Assembly: GCA_964016885.1 (NCBI GenBank)
Contig: OZ024742.1
Span: 32,364,001-32,428,000, forward strand
Length of the DNA: 64,000 nt
Direction: 5' to 3'
Origin: Eledone cirrhosa
Lineage: Eukaryota
The position numbers and the translations under genes are program-made. The notes beneath the pieces are model-generated. The model had not been told where the DNA came from and searched no databases. It worked only from the letters and a program-made list of their open reading frames with translations. Shown piece by piece: positions 35,331 to 47,668 of this stretch (position 1 is its first letter; each line of letters starts with the position of its first letter).

Positions 35331-36509
35331 ATATTTGATTACCTGTACTAGACACAGAGCTCTGGTTAGATACCATTAACAACAAAAAACAAATCCTCCA
35401 TTCCCATTATGCCAAACCCATGACTTCCAAACATCTGATCCACCGAAACTCGGCCGTTTCGGACCATACCATAATCAACATACTGATTGCGGATTTGGTA
35501 CGGGTGATGAGAAATGTGTCCCGCATGTGCAACCCCGAAGAACTAGAGAGACACATACAACACTTCATCCACCGTATGCAGTTCTCTGGCTACAATCAGA
35601 GAGATAAAATCAGAGTGTATAGAGGAGCCAGAACCAAATGGGAAAAAATGGTAAATAATGACATAAATGGGACCTGCCCCTTGTATAGGAGCAAATTTTG
35701 GAATAGAATAGAAAGAACTAGGAACAAGGCTAATAGAATAAACTCATGGTATGATAGCAATAAATACCAGAGTGTAATGTTCATCGATACAACCCATAGA
35801 GGTGAATTAGCTTACAAAATTAGAAGGGCCCTAAATAAACATAAACTCAATATTAAGATAGTAGAAAGACCAGGTACCTCCGTAAAAACACTTATTAGCA
35901 AGAATACCCTTTTCAAAGACCCTCATGTATAGATAAGAAATGTATAACCTGTAAAATAAGCCCCCATATTAACTGTAAAACTAGAAATGTAGTGTATAAC
36001 ATAAGATGTACTGAAGGACAATGTAGAGACAAAAATATAGTGTACATAGGTGAGACAGCTCGTAGTGTAGGGGAACGGATAAATGAACATTGGCGAGACC
36101 TTCAAGATAGTAAAGAATCATCTGTACTCTACCAACATGCTAAAATAGAACACAAGGGTAAATTAGAGAACATAGAAATAAAAATAGAATCTACACACAG
36201 AAAAGACGCAATGTTTAGACAAATTACAGAGGCAATAAACATAAAAGAATTACAACCAAAATTAAATAGAAAATATGAGTGGAACAGCAACATCACAACT
36301 TACAATTAAGGACAAAATGAAAATACACACACACATAGAACAAACAACCAACCAGTAACATGTAAATAAACAAATAAATAAATGAACATAAACACACACA
36401 GACACCCGGATGTGGCGCATGCGCAGACTGAGCACACAACACACACACAGAAACAAAATGGCGTAGGACAGAACAAAGGAGAGGCACAGAAACAAAGAAA
36501 GGAATCCCC

Positions 36510-36554
36510 AGTCACTGAAGAGGTCACAGAGTGTGTGACGAAAGAACTATGACT
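36510..36554 (+). ncRNA. Minimal type I hammerhead ribozyme motif (inverted pLTR copy)
   Basis: Identical to the reverse complement of 32030-32074. Confidence 0.75.
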
Positions 36555-36937
36555 ATATACAAACAACTATCTGGTTGTGGAACCAACCAACCAACCAGAA
36601 ATTTATAAATTTATTATAAATTTATTATAATAAATTGAAGTGAAAGCAACTGGTGCGTGTGTTTCTTATTGGCAACATGACCCTCCCAAAGTATAACAAT
36701 ATCGGTTTCAACACACGATTTCAGATAAAGAATCTTGCTAAACAAATTCAGAAACGAAATATATATACATATATATATATATATAAATAAATATACACGG
36801 GTGTGTATGATTGTGTATAGAAGATTATATTAATAAAAGGAATTCCAACTTTGTCTGATTTACTCGTTTTATTTACAATCCTTTAAAATTATAATGGTAT
36901 TAGAATGAAATAGTATGGTAGAATATTAAGTGTTAAT

Positions 36938-36976
36938 TAAACAAGTACTTTCATGCTTTCGCAATCTTCAGGTTCA
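36938..36976 (-). ncRNA. Minimal hammerhead ribozyme-like motif
   Basis: TGAAC-CTGAAGA-T-TGC(GAAA)GCA-T-GAAA-GTAC-TT-GTTTA, with palindromic AAGTACTT in stem III. Confidence 0.6.
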
Positions 36977-37898
36977 TATTCTGTGGTGACAGTCAAGTTT
37001 ACAATTTTCAACTGTAATGAGATGGGTAAATTTTGTGCCTTATATACAGTGAAAAGCGGTTACAGAATGCTATATTTTGCAAACTGTATTTCGATCAATC
37101 GGTGTGTAGTTTCACTGGATTACTGAAGCTGATTGGTTTAGGCATCACGGTTGGTTGGGCATGTCTAACGACTTCTATTTGGCCCTATTCAAAGCATCAA
37201 TTGTTTTGCTATTTTTAGAAATGATGAAAATAGCATTTTCTAGGGTTTTTATACCCCTAAGAATTATTATTGTTCATTTAGCTTGGTTTGGAATTTTGAA
37301 AAATATTCCCAAATGCAAATATGAACTGCAAAAGCAGAAATCTAATTTACTGCACTAAATGCCCGAATTGTGAAGAACTATATGTCGGTCAAACTGGAAA
37401 TGCACTATCGGAACGTGCATGGGTGCACCTACAGCAAATCAGAGACCCAAATGTCCGTCAGATACCCCTGAGTAACCATCTAGCATCATGTGGTCAGAAA
37501 ATATTTATAATATTTCGATTCTACAAATTACACAGGCCAAGTGAAATCAAGAGGAAAATCAAAGAAAAGAATTTTATTGATAAATTCCAACCCAAGCTAA
37601 ATGAACAATAATTCTTAGGGGTATAAAAACCCTAGAAAATGCTATTTACATCATTTCTAAAAATAGCAAAACAATTGATGCTTTGGATAGAGCCAAATAG
37701 AAGTCGTTAGACATGCTCAAGCAACCGTGATGCCTAAACCAATCAGCTTCAGTAATCCAGTGAAACTACACACCAATTGGTCGAAATACAGTTTGCAAAA
37801 TATAGCATTCTGTAGCCGCTTTTCACTGTATATAAGGCACAAAATTTACCCATCACATTACAGTTGAAAATTGCAAACTTGACTGTCACCACAGAATA

Positions 37899-37937
37899 TG
37901 AACCTGAAGATTGCGAAAGCATGAAATTACTTGTTCA
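37899..37937 (+). ncRNA. Minimal hammerhead ribozyme-like motif (second pLTR copy)
   Basis: TGAAC-CTGAAGA-T-TGC(GAAA)GCA-T-GAAA-TTAC-TT-GTTCA. Confidence 0.55.
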
Positions 37938-38343
37938 ATTAACACTTAATATTCTACCATACTATTCAGATTACATCTATATATATATACACATACATAT
38001 ATATATATATACATTCATATATATACATACATACACACATATACATATATACAAATACGCATAGACATGCATATATATACACATATACATCTATATACAT
38101 GCATATATATATATATACATATACAATATGTATAGGATTCCTTTCCCTTTGAGCACATAATTTACAGGGAATAACGCGACTATGGTTCCGTTAATTTATC
38201 TTCATATATATATATATACATATACATACGCACATATGCATACACACACATATGCATACACACATATATATACATACACACATATATATACATACACACA
38301 CACATATATAAAGATATACATATATATAGATTCATACATACAT

Positions 38344-38409
<66 letters not shown>

Positions 38410-38413
<4 letters not shown>

Positions 38414-38545
38414 CGAAGGAAATGTGGTAAGGAACCAGGTGGACCATAACGCACCAAAGTACTCAATACTTGGGGTAGTAGAGTGGGTAATAGGAACCAG
38501 TAAGACCCCGACAGCTGAGCTCAAGCCGTTTCGACGGCTAATTAT
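38410..38545. repeat. Dispersed repeat in (TA)n; inverted copy at 52535-52672
   Basis: GAAGGAAATGTGGTAAGGAACCAGGTGGACCATAACGCACC.. is the reverse complement of ~52630-52670. Confidence 0.85.
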
Positions 38546-38951
38546 TTGTGTATATATAATATATACAAAGCATATAAATAAATTTACAGTAGAATAACAT
38601 AGCAAATATGTTTTAAATATATACATAAATAACATTACCAATGCTTAAATAACAGTATAAATTGTTCGTGATTCTTTCAGAAGTATATATTCCTTTAATG
38701 TTGCAATATTAAAGAAAATATACGTATATATATATATACATATATTTATTCAACTAAGGAAAGTTGGTTGATTGAAAATCTGCCGACTCTTTCATAAGAG
38801 ATGACAAACACTCAACAGTTTATGTTTATCCGGAGTTTTATTATAATAATTGTTTCTACTTTGGCACAAGGCCAGTAATTATGCAGTGTATTACTGGTAC
38901 TTTATTTTATCGACCCCTAAGGATGAAAGGCAAAGTTAACCTCGGCGGGTT

Positions 38952-39221
38952 ATAATAATAAACAAGAAAGACGGTATCATTTGCTCATCCCTATTTATTT
39001 TATTATGCGTATTTCATTTGTATAACACCTGCCCTACGTGTTCTCATATCAACGAATATCAACGAATATCTCATATCAACGGATATTTACATCTTGCATG
39101 GATTTTTGTCGGAAGAAAACACGTAGGGCAGATATTATACAAATGACATATGTCTTCGAAATAAGTATAATAAAATAAATAGGGATGAACAAGTGATACC
39201 GTCTTTCTTCTTTATTATTAT
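38952..39221. repeat. Short fold-back (inverted arms ~38952-39042 and 39117-39221)
   Basis: AAGAAAGACGGTATCATTTGCTCATCCCTATTTATTTTATTAT versus ATAATAAAATAAATAGGGATGAACAAGTGATACCGTCTTTCTT. Confidence 0.85.
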
Positions 39222-39240
39222 ACACACACACACACACACA

Positions 39241-39328
<88 letters not shown>

Positions 39329-39349
39329 CATAGTAATAATAATAATATT

Positions 39350-41942
39350 TATACTTATATATGATTATAAATATGGATGGTAGTACTAAGTACTAGCCAG
39401 TTACCGGTAGGAGAAAAGGCTCAATGTAAATTTTCAAATGTATTACAGAGCCGAGATGTAAAATATAAAACAATAAAATCTTAGTTTAATACATTTAATT
39501 GCTGATAATTTTTTTTTTACATACTTACATATATATATAATATAAGATCAAAAGATGGTTAAAAGAGTTCCATGTATTTTATTATGCGCATTTCAAAAAC
39601 AAATATCATCATGAGATGACATTTGCGTTTTCGTCAGATAAAATAGGGATACATGATATGAAGGTTAAAAAACACTTGTGAATAGTGAAGTTTTAAATCA
39701 TCATATGAAAAGTAATTTAAGATTGATGTGTGATATTGGGAAAAAAGTGAGGTGGGGGTTGGAAAGGGTGAAAAAGAGGAGGAGATGAGAGTAAAGAATG
39801 GTGGGGGAAGTGTATAATAAGGAAGGATGAGATAGGAGGAGAGATGGGTGATAGAAAGAGAGAGATAGCCTTTATAACTGAGAAAAAATATATATTGTTT
39901 CACAGAGAGAGGTTATGGAAGATAATATATAATTTAAAAGAATTTGAAAATAAAAAGTTGATGAAGAGAAAAAAAATTAAGAATAATATTAAATTAAGGT
40001 TTGCATATTGAAGGGTTTAATAATATGTGCGATGAAAAGAAATTGTTAATATGTATTATTAAAATAAAAATATTAATGTTATTAAGGATATAAGGTGAAA
40101 AGAAGTAGAAGAGTGGTTGAATTATGAATTTAGAGGAATTAGTTAGTGTTTAAGTTTGTTTTTATGTAATGTAATATGTATGCGTAATACATGTAAATAG
40201 TTTGTTTACAAATGAACGCAGGAAGCAAAGAAGAAAATAGTGTTTAAGGAAGAGAAGACTCTAACATCAAAATATATGTTTATGAAGTATTTTCTAATGG
40301 TAATAATATAATGTAATAAAGGAGATTAGTTAGGGTCTAAGTTTGTTTTTATGTATTGTGATATGTGATATGTAAAAGTCAGGCGAGCATGAAAGGGAGA
40401 AAAATATAATGAACTGAGGAGGAATAATCTAACGTCAAAAAAATGTTTGTTTACGAAGGATTTTTAAAGGTAATGCTATAAAGTATTTAAAAGGTAATAA
40501 TAATTTTTAGGGCCAATGATATGAAGAAAGATGGAAGAGTGGATATGTTGTGGTGAGTAATAATAAGAATTGAGAAGTAGTTAGGAAGAAAAAGTACAGA
40601 TTAGAGGTTAGAAATTAAAAGAAAAGAGGAAGAAAGGAAAGTGATAAATAGGAATGATATAGAATGAGTAACTAGTATTATATAATGTATAATAAATAAT
40701 ATTGAAATAAGGTAGAAAGATGGGTGTATTTTTAAAGAAATATATATATAAGCGTTTGAGAAAAAGGATTTTAAACTGGTAAAGTATTAGATATTAGCTG
40801 TATACTTTATGGAATGTTCTGTGGAATTTGTGCAAGCAGAGAGAAAATAAGTCAGTGCGTCTATTTATTATGGAATCTAAATTAGATATAATGGTAAATT
40901 TCTCACATAAACAAAGATTACACGTTCTGGATAGGGAGGCATTCAAGTAGGAAGAGGCAGAACAAACTTTCCTCCAAGAGATGTTATAGTTAATATTTTT
41001 ATCTTTCAATGACCATATGAGTTCTGAGAGTGCCGTGTTGGTTCTTTTAAGTTGGTATTTAAAAGAAGAATTGTGATTATAAAAACAAGCTTTGAAGGAG
41101 GTGAAAGTGGAGCCGAAATAGGTAAAGGAATTGGTATCAGTTATAACTTTACATTCATAGACTAAGTTTTTTTCAAGACAATGGTTGTTGAGAGGACATT
41201 TATTTTTAACAGGGCAATTACAATTGCGATTAGAGAAATTAACAGAGTTATTAACAAGTGACCTAGTGTTATCTATAGGAGGAATTGGATTGGAGAAGTT
41301 ATTTACGATAGGAATAATAGTTTCCTGATTTAGATTGGTATTAAGAACATTTGACGAAGTTACGTTTGACGTCGTATTTTAGTTTGCAGAAACTAGCCTA
41401 GAGTTAACAATGACGTCGGGAGTACTACTGCTATTATTATGACATTCAGTGTTGGAAGGAAGTGATTTAGTATTTAATATTTTATTGTTGTGTTTGGAGA
41501 TAATGTTGGAGATTTTGGAGGAGGTGGAATAGGAAAATGTTATTGTATGTTTGTTAAATATTTTACTATAGATATGTGAGGGAGGGAAGCATTTATTTAA
41601 GGCACTAAAGAATAATTTAGGAATATTATTATTAATAGAAATGGAGAAAGGAGCATTATACCAGATTATATTTTTGTATCTAGGTCTTTTATTTATGTTA
41701 TTGGAATGATCATAATTAATTATTTTACTGTAAGATCTTCTAGGATTGGTTTCTTTACTGTATTTGATTTTATCCGGATAACCGGCTTTAGAAAGCGCAT
41801 TATTATAGTAATTGGCGTTAGCATCAAAGATATTTTTATTAGATGATAAGTTTGATATTCTTTTTCCAATATTACTAACTATAGCATTTTTAATGTTAGT
41901 GGGGTGGTTAGATTTAAAATTAACATAATTTAGATTCTCATT
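39350..41942 (-). mobile_element. Third Penelope-like element, 5'-truncated (RT thumb + CxC/GIY-YIG + long AT-rich 3' UTR)
   Basis: YVNFKSNHP..RISNLSS..YNNALSKAGY..IIWYNAPFS; after one in-frame stop, CNCPVKNKCPL..CL..LVYEC..YFGST..NH..TALS..IWSLK..CNLCLCEK. The 3' limit is approximate. Confidence 0.85.
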
Positions 41943-42006
41943 ATATATATATACATACATACATATATATACAATATATTAATAAATGGAAACTGATATT
42001 ATTTAC

Positions 42007-42400
42007 CATTTTCTTATCTTTTGCTTTTACTGCTTCTTTTCTCTTGCGTTTGTTGACACTTGCCCTGGAGAAAAATGGCGCCAAACTTTTCCTTTTGAAA
42101 GAATAATGTGATTTGTCACGTGATATTACCTCTAAATATGTGAATACGTATATACACCACATATATATATATATATACGCAGAAACACACACATACAATA
42201 ACGACGAGTACTACGATTCTGGGGGAGCGAATGATGGAGAAGATGAAGCTCTCTGCCGCAGAATAAATGGTATTTAATTTTAATAATAATAATAATAATA
42301 TATATATATTTATTTCTTAATTGAATTGATGGCACTACAACGCTATTAGCTGTCAGTCGAAAGCAGCCGATGAAAGCAAAACATCGTTTATTTCCGTATT
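42007..42400 (-). promoter_or_regulatory. Candidate promoter / 5' exons of a minus-strand gene
   Basis: Non-repetitive, CpG-enriched patch with YY1-type AAAATGGCG (42072-42080) and E-box GTCACGTGAT (42115-42124). Candidate exon 42007-42064 (CAG|...ATG|GTAAAT) and an upstream donor at 42196. Confidence 0.35.
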
Positions 42401-43149
42401 ACTACCACGCGCAAGTGGAATTACTTAAATGAAATTTTTTTTTTTAGTTCATATAGTTCATGGTATTAGCTGTCAGAAGTAACTCCACTGTTGGTGAAAA
42501 TTCATTTAAGTTCATGGTAATGTTGCAGTGGGAAATGTCTATCTGATAATTCTAAAAAAATTTACCTACATTAGTTTTTATTTTAAAGGAAAAGGGTGGG
42601 TGGGTGCGAACCAGATAATTCTTCTTTTTTTATTATTATTTTTAATATGGTTAGGGAGGAAATGATAGGGTGGGTACCAAATTTTGTCCTCGGTAGCGAT
42701 TGACAATCGCCACCGACGAATGCAAGAAAGTTCTCCAGGAAAGTTAACCAGGAATCTTTAAAAAAATCTCTCCATCGACGTTAACAAAGAACTTACTAGA
42801 TCTACAAAACCAAATTGTAAAATTATAATATTATAAAATTAAATTAAATTGTTTAGAACTACAACTGAAGTCATTCTTTTTCTTTTTTTAAATATACCTA
42901 ACTGAACCAAGGATTTCACACATTTCCCAGTATATATATATATGTATAGAAACATATATGTATATGTATGTATGAGTAATTTTTTTCTCTCTATATATAT
43001 GCTTGAAATTCTTTTATCGATTTATTTTCTTCATCTGGTAAACCCCAAAACTTTATGTAATTTGTCTTTGTAATGTCTTCCCTATTTTCTGTCTCTTGCA
43101 GAGATGGTGTCTCAGGTATCTGGTTCAAATACATTTCTGTTCATGACTA

Positions 43150-44100
43150 TTACTGGTATTGTACAAGCCTTAAAAGGTTACATTTACTTAAATTCAATTA
43201 TTAGATATTTATATTTACTGAGCATTAAGAACTCTTTCCAAGAGATGTTACAATCTGATGGTATGCTCATGTCAATTAAAAGATGTTTTGTTTTTACAGT
43301 CCTTCATAAATATATCAAGTCTATTGTCACATTCTTGTCTCCTCTTACTGCATCTGGGTAGTGTTTGCACTATTTACTATGTTTTTGTGCTGTAAAACCT
43401 GCATATTATTCAGTGTAAATATTGCCCAACTATTATGCCTGGACTTATACTCCTGGGGAGCTAATACTTTGCAGCCTGAAACATGTGGTCAATGGTCTTA
43501 ACATGTTCATCACAAATCAGCACTTTGCGCCATTTCTGATCACATTGGCTTGAAAATTGAACCAAAATGAATCTCTCACTCACTGCTTTTAAACCAGAAC
43601 TCCACAGCCACTGCTTCTTTGCTACATAAGACAAGCTGCCTATTCATAAGTTTTTGTTCCCATTTTGCACATAGTTTCTCTTGACCTTCATTTTTCATCA
43701 GTACTTACCTGCCATAATTTTTCAAATTTTCTTTATGTATTTTTAATTCTTCAGTAAACTTCTAGCTTCTCTTTATGATTGAATGTAAACTGTTCTTCTT
43801 TTCATGTTCTACAAATATTTTCAGCATCCAGATATCTGTAGATTTAAGGTATTGTTCGAGTCCAATGTATCATTTCTCTACCTTCACCTTTTCTAAGGAG
43901 ATAGAAGCAATCCAAATCTGCTTTTGTGTAATGCAGTTTATTACAGCTCAGAAGTTTCCTGATTGTGGTGTCCATTTTCTTTATTTTGTTAATGTTAAAA
44001 TTCATGATGTTAATTATTATTATTATTATTATTATAATAATTATCATTTTTATAATAATAATAATTTTTATTATTTCTGCCATCAGCTGGGCCTGTCTGA
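43150..44100 (-). mobile_element. Decayed R4/Dong-type (RLE) non-LTR retrotransposon fragment
   Basis: KMDTTIRKLLSCNKLHYTKADLDCFYLLRKGEGR resembles DRKTRKLL..HHPKAD.DRLY.PR..GGRG; downstream TIDH..GCKVLAPQEYKSRH. Confidence 0.7.
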
Positions 44101-44720
44101 GATACATACAGGATGACAAAATTGTCCCGTATAAACTCATCGAATGTCCAAGTATTGCTGACTTGTGGGTTTATGTCGAACACCTGCTGTCATGTAGGAC
44201 GGATCTAGCTATCAACTAAGTCCATTGTGAAGATTGCTCTGCCGCCTTCCTTTAGTTGGGAAAAAAGGGTAGTTATGGCAAGAGATTGTGTAGTGGACAC
44301 ATTTTAAAGGGTTGAAGGCAAGCACTTTCTTCTTCGGTAAAGACCTAATTACCCTTTTCAGGTTTCACTTGAAGAAGAAAATTAAGGTGGAAAGGAAAGT
44401 GCTACTTTTGAACCAGTTTGTTGAAAGGTGGGTGAGAGTGGCAGGCATGATCGAAGTGAATGAGCCTGCACCTGTATATTAGAGGACAACTGGGAGAGAG
44501 CACTGACCCTAGTGATCAAGGTGACTGTGGCTTTTTGTGGATTTTTTCCATGAGTGGCCCTCTGAAATCTTTCCCTGTTTTGCTTTGTTTGAACTTTTAA
44601 ATGTTTATTTTTTTAGTTTTTGTTATAAAATTTTTTTTTACACAAAAACCCACACTGTATTGACCTGTGCTGTCTCCATTGTTTGCTTAATGTCAGCCCT
44701 CTATGGCTAATAAAGAAACC
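44100..44720 (+). mobile_element. Old Tx1-family 3' fragment
   Basis: IADLWVYVEHLLS matches VADLWGYVEQLLS of ORF2 23824-27282; ends GCCCTCTATGGCTAATAAAGAAA like the full-length copy. Confidence 0.8.
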
Positions 44721-45224
44721 CTTATTATTATTATCATTAGTTTCATTTTTAACAACACATGTGAATGACAAAACAACCTTCAAACCTGAGTATCCTGTCT
44801 TTTGCCAGAAACATTTCATCAGTTAATTATGCTCCATACGATTCTCATATTCCAACAGATTCAGCCACTTCTTTAACATATACAGAATTTATAAACTTAA
44901 CAGATATGAATTAATAGTAGTACTAACATGGTGTGATACATAATAGAGAAGTATATGAAAGCATATGCATATTTATAAATACACACAAGTCTCACTGTTG
45001 GCATTTTAAGCTGTGGTCATGTCACAGCTACTTCAGTAACTGTGGGAGAATGCTAAATGCTATTATCGTTATTTGAAAAAAAATCTATATATAAGCAGAT
45101 ATTTGGTACAGAGGCAAAATAGACTGAGTAAACATCACTGATGATGGATAAAATCCTGAAATACTAGTATTTATTGTTCACAGCTTAAAATATACGTAGA
45201 GAGGCTTATGTATATTTATCATGC

Positions 45225-45400
45225 TTTGCCGCATGTAGTTACGTGCCTATACGTTCTGAGTTCAAATCCCGCCAGTTAGCTTTGTTTTTCATCCTTATGG
45301 GGTTGATAAAATAAAGTACCAGTAACACACAGGTCAATTTAATCAACTTACCCCTCCACAAAATGATTGACCTTGTGCTTAAATTAAAAACTATTATATA
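45225..45400 (+). mobile_element. Second tRNA-derived SINE family (partial)
   Basis: GAGTTCAAATCCCGCC..CTTTGTTTTTCATCC..GGGGTTGATAAAATAAAGTACCAGT; reverse complement of the 59150-59430 type. Confidence 0.7.
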
Positions 45401-46137
45401 TGTATATGCTTTCGTGTACACCTCTATTCTGAATCTTGCTATGTTGGCACAACTGTTAATTAACACCTGCTTGTCGAGCTTGCACTGTATGCAAATGAGC
45501 ATCACTATAACTGTATTATTTGTAAAAGCTAGCTGGTTAAGTACGGAAATTGCTGAATTTCTTTTCACTTCCGTGATACTTAAAACAGAAAAGCTCCAAT
45601 GATTAAATTTGACATTCCTTCGGTAAAGTTGATATGTGAGTATATTTGGCTGCTATTTCTAGCAAGCTGAGCAAACGTAAAAGCTTCGTTGATAGCTGGT
45701 TTACAGTTTGGTGATTGTATGAGACAGTGTACAGGGGAGATAATTGGTCTAATTTATTATCTGATGTTTAACAAATCGAAGATAAATTATTAAAATGACT
45801 GGTTCCAGTCATTAAACTGCGGCCATACCGGGGCACCACCTCGAAGAGATTTAGTTGATTATATCGACCTCAGCATTTATTTGAAACAAGAATCTATCGA
45901 ACACTTTTTGTCGAACCTCAAGGTTTCTGGACTAAAACAAACATTAAATACACACGCGCGTGTGTATAATGTATATAGACATATAGTAATACATTGTATA
46001 GAATGTACTGTGATAATCTAGACACGTATTCCCTCTACAGTACAGCTTACTAGTTGCACAGATACTGTACATTCTGGCATACAGTGATAGATCGTATGAA
46101 AGTCTTCACATGTTCTATTTCTCTACTTTCTAATTTG

Positions 46138-46400
46138 TGAAGGTGTGTGGCTTAGTGGTTAGAGTATTCGTTTTACAATCTAAGGTCTCGATTTTGATTC
46201 CTAAAGGTGCGTTGTGTCTATGATCAAGACACTCGCATTGCTCTAGTTCACTCTACTGCCAAACCTTTATTTCAAAGGTCCAACCTTGTTACACACTATG
46301 CCACACTGAATTCTCCCGAGAATTTCACTAAAGGTACACGTGTCTGTGGAAATGCCCTGCTATTTACACATTAATTTCACAAGCAGACTACCGTTGATGA
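46138..46400 (+). mobile_element. Diverged tRNA-CORE SINE
   Basis: GAAGGTGTGTGGCTTAGTGGTTAGAG head followed by a degenerate CORE-like block. Confidence 0.6.
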
Positions 46401-46649
46401 AACAATTGGTACATTTGCTGTCGGTCCAACATATTTCTGTAGTTTATCTGCAGTTGCACAGATACTGCACATTCTGACATACAGTAATAGATGGTATGGA
46501 GTGACTGCGACAGTCTGGTCACTCTCCACTGCCCTGTTCTGTATAGTCTTGTGGTGGAAAAGGTAGACTCAGTCAAGACACAACAGTTGCTGTTCCTCTA
46601 AACTTAGTATGGGAAGTGTACATCCCAGCACAGTGTTTGGTATTTATAA

Positions 46650-46850
46650 AGTTATTTTTCTCCTGCATGTGGCATTCGAGACGTTTGGTGGAGTTGAGCC
46701 ACTGACAACGAAGTTCTTGTCTTTAGTCGCGACTCACCTTACTAAGGTGTCAGGTGATGCCCATGAGGGTACTTGGTTATTTCAGCATCTTAGCCTCACC
46801 ATCACCCGTGGTAATGCTGTGAGCATGTTGGCTTGCCTCAAAGTGTGAGG
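46650..46850 (+). mobile_element. CRE-clade (restriction-like endonuclease) retrotransposon C-terminal relic
   Basis: VAFETFGG..TKFL..SGDAHEGTWLFQHLSLTITRGNAVSML resembles the P.A.ET.G..FL..GD.RE..WL.QRLS.AIQRGNA motif. Confidence 0.7.
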
Positions 46851-46944
46851 TGCAGCCGATTGTCACACTTGGTGGTGAATTGACGAGCCCAACACCCTAA
46901 ACACAAGGCCACATACCTAACAGGTGCCTTAAGAGATATAATAA

Positions 46945-47385
46945 TGGTTTCTACTTTAGGCACAAGGCCAGCAATTTGAAGGCAAGGGGAAAGTCGATTA
47001 AATCGACCCGAGTGCATTACTGGTGCTTTATTTATTGACTCCATGAAAGGCAAAGCTAACCTCGGTGGGATTTGAACTCAGGATGTAAAGGGCCATAACT
47101 CTATGCTGAAAAGCATAGTGTCTGATGCTCTATCGATTCTGCCAATCCAGCAGCCTTAGAGATAGAGATATATTGGTTTCTTATATAGGCACAAGGCCAG
47201 TGATTCTGGGGGAGGGGAAAGTCGATTAAATCAACCCAGTGCGTGACTCGTACTTTATTTTATCAACCCCGTGAGGATGAAAGGCAAAATTAACCTTGGC
47301 GAGATTTGAACTCGTAAAGGGCTGTAACTATGCTGCAAAGCATGGCGTCCGACCCTCTACCGATACTGCCAATCCACCACCCTAG
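46945..47385 (-). mobile_element. Two tandem copies of the second SINE family
   Basis: GGTTTCTACTTTAGGCACAAGGCCAG...GAAAGGCAAAG..ACCT..GATTTGAACTC...CTGCCAATCCA occurs twice. Confidence 0.8.
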
Positions 47386-47668
47386 ATAGAGAGATATAAT
47401 AATGATAATGATGTAAATTACTAATAACTTGGTGGCCTGTATCAGTGTGTTATAGGATTTTGAAGTAGAGTGACATGGAAAACAAGGTATATAAACAAAA
47501 CAAAACAAAAACAACAAACTCAATATAACAATGAGGAATGACAGAATTCAACGTTTTGGGTGGTGAGCTTTTTGTCAAGAAAAGAAAAGATATATATATA
47601 TATATATATATATAGGAAGGTAGAGAGACGGCTAAAATAGACAGAAAGGTACATAGGATATATATATA

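Larger units (their letters stand above)
31905..36760 (-). mobile_element. Penelope-like element (RT + C-terminal GIY-YIG) with ~1.35-kb inverted pseudo-LTR, inserted in (TA)n
   Basis: Main copy on minus 31905-35336; inverted copy of its 3' part on plus 35337-36702, plus a ~55-bp tail. Arms 31905-33247 and 35337-36702 are nearly identical. Confidence 0.92.
36820..37970 (+). mobile_element. Second, 5'-truncated Penelope-like element: inverted pLTR + GIY-YIG + pLTR
   Basis: ORF 37321-37611 NCKSRNLIYCTKCPNCEELYVGQT..ER..H..H is a GIY-YIG domain. Inverted arms at about 36906-37297 and 37581-37967; (TA)n flanks. Confidence 0.88.
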
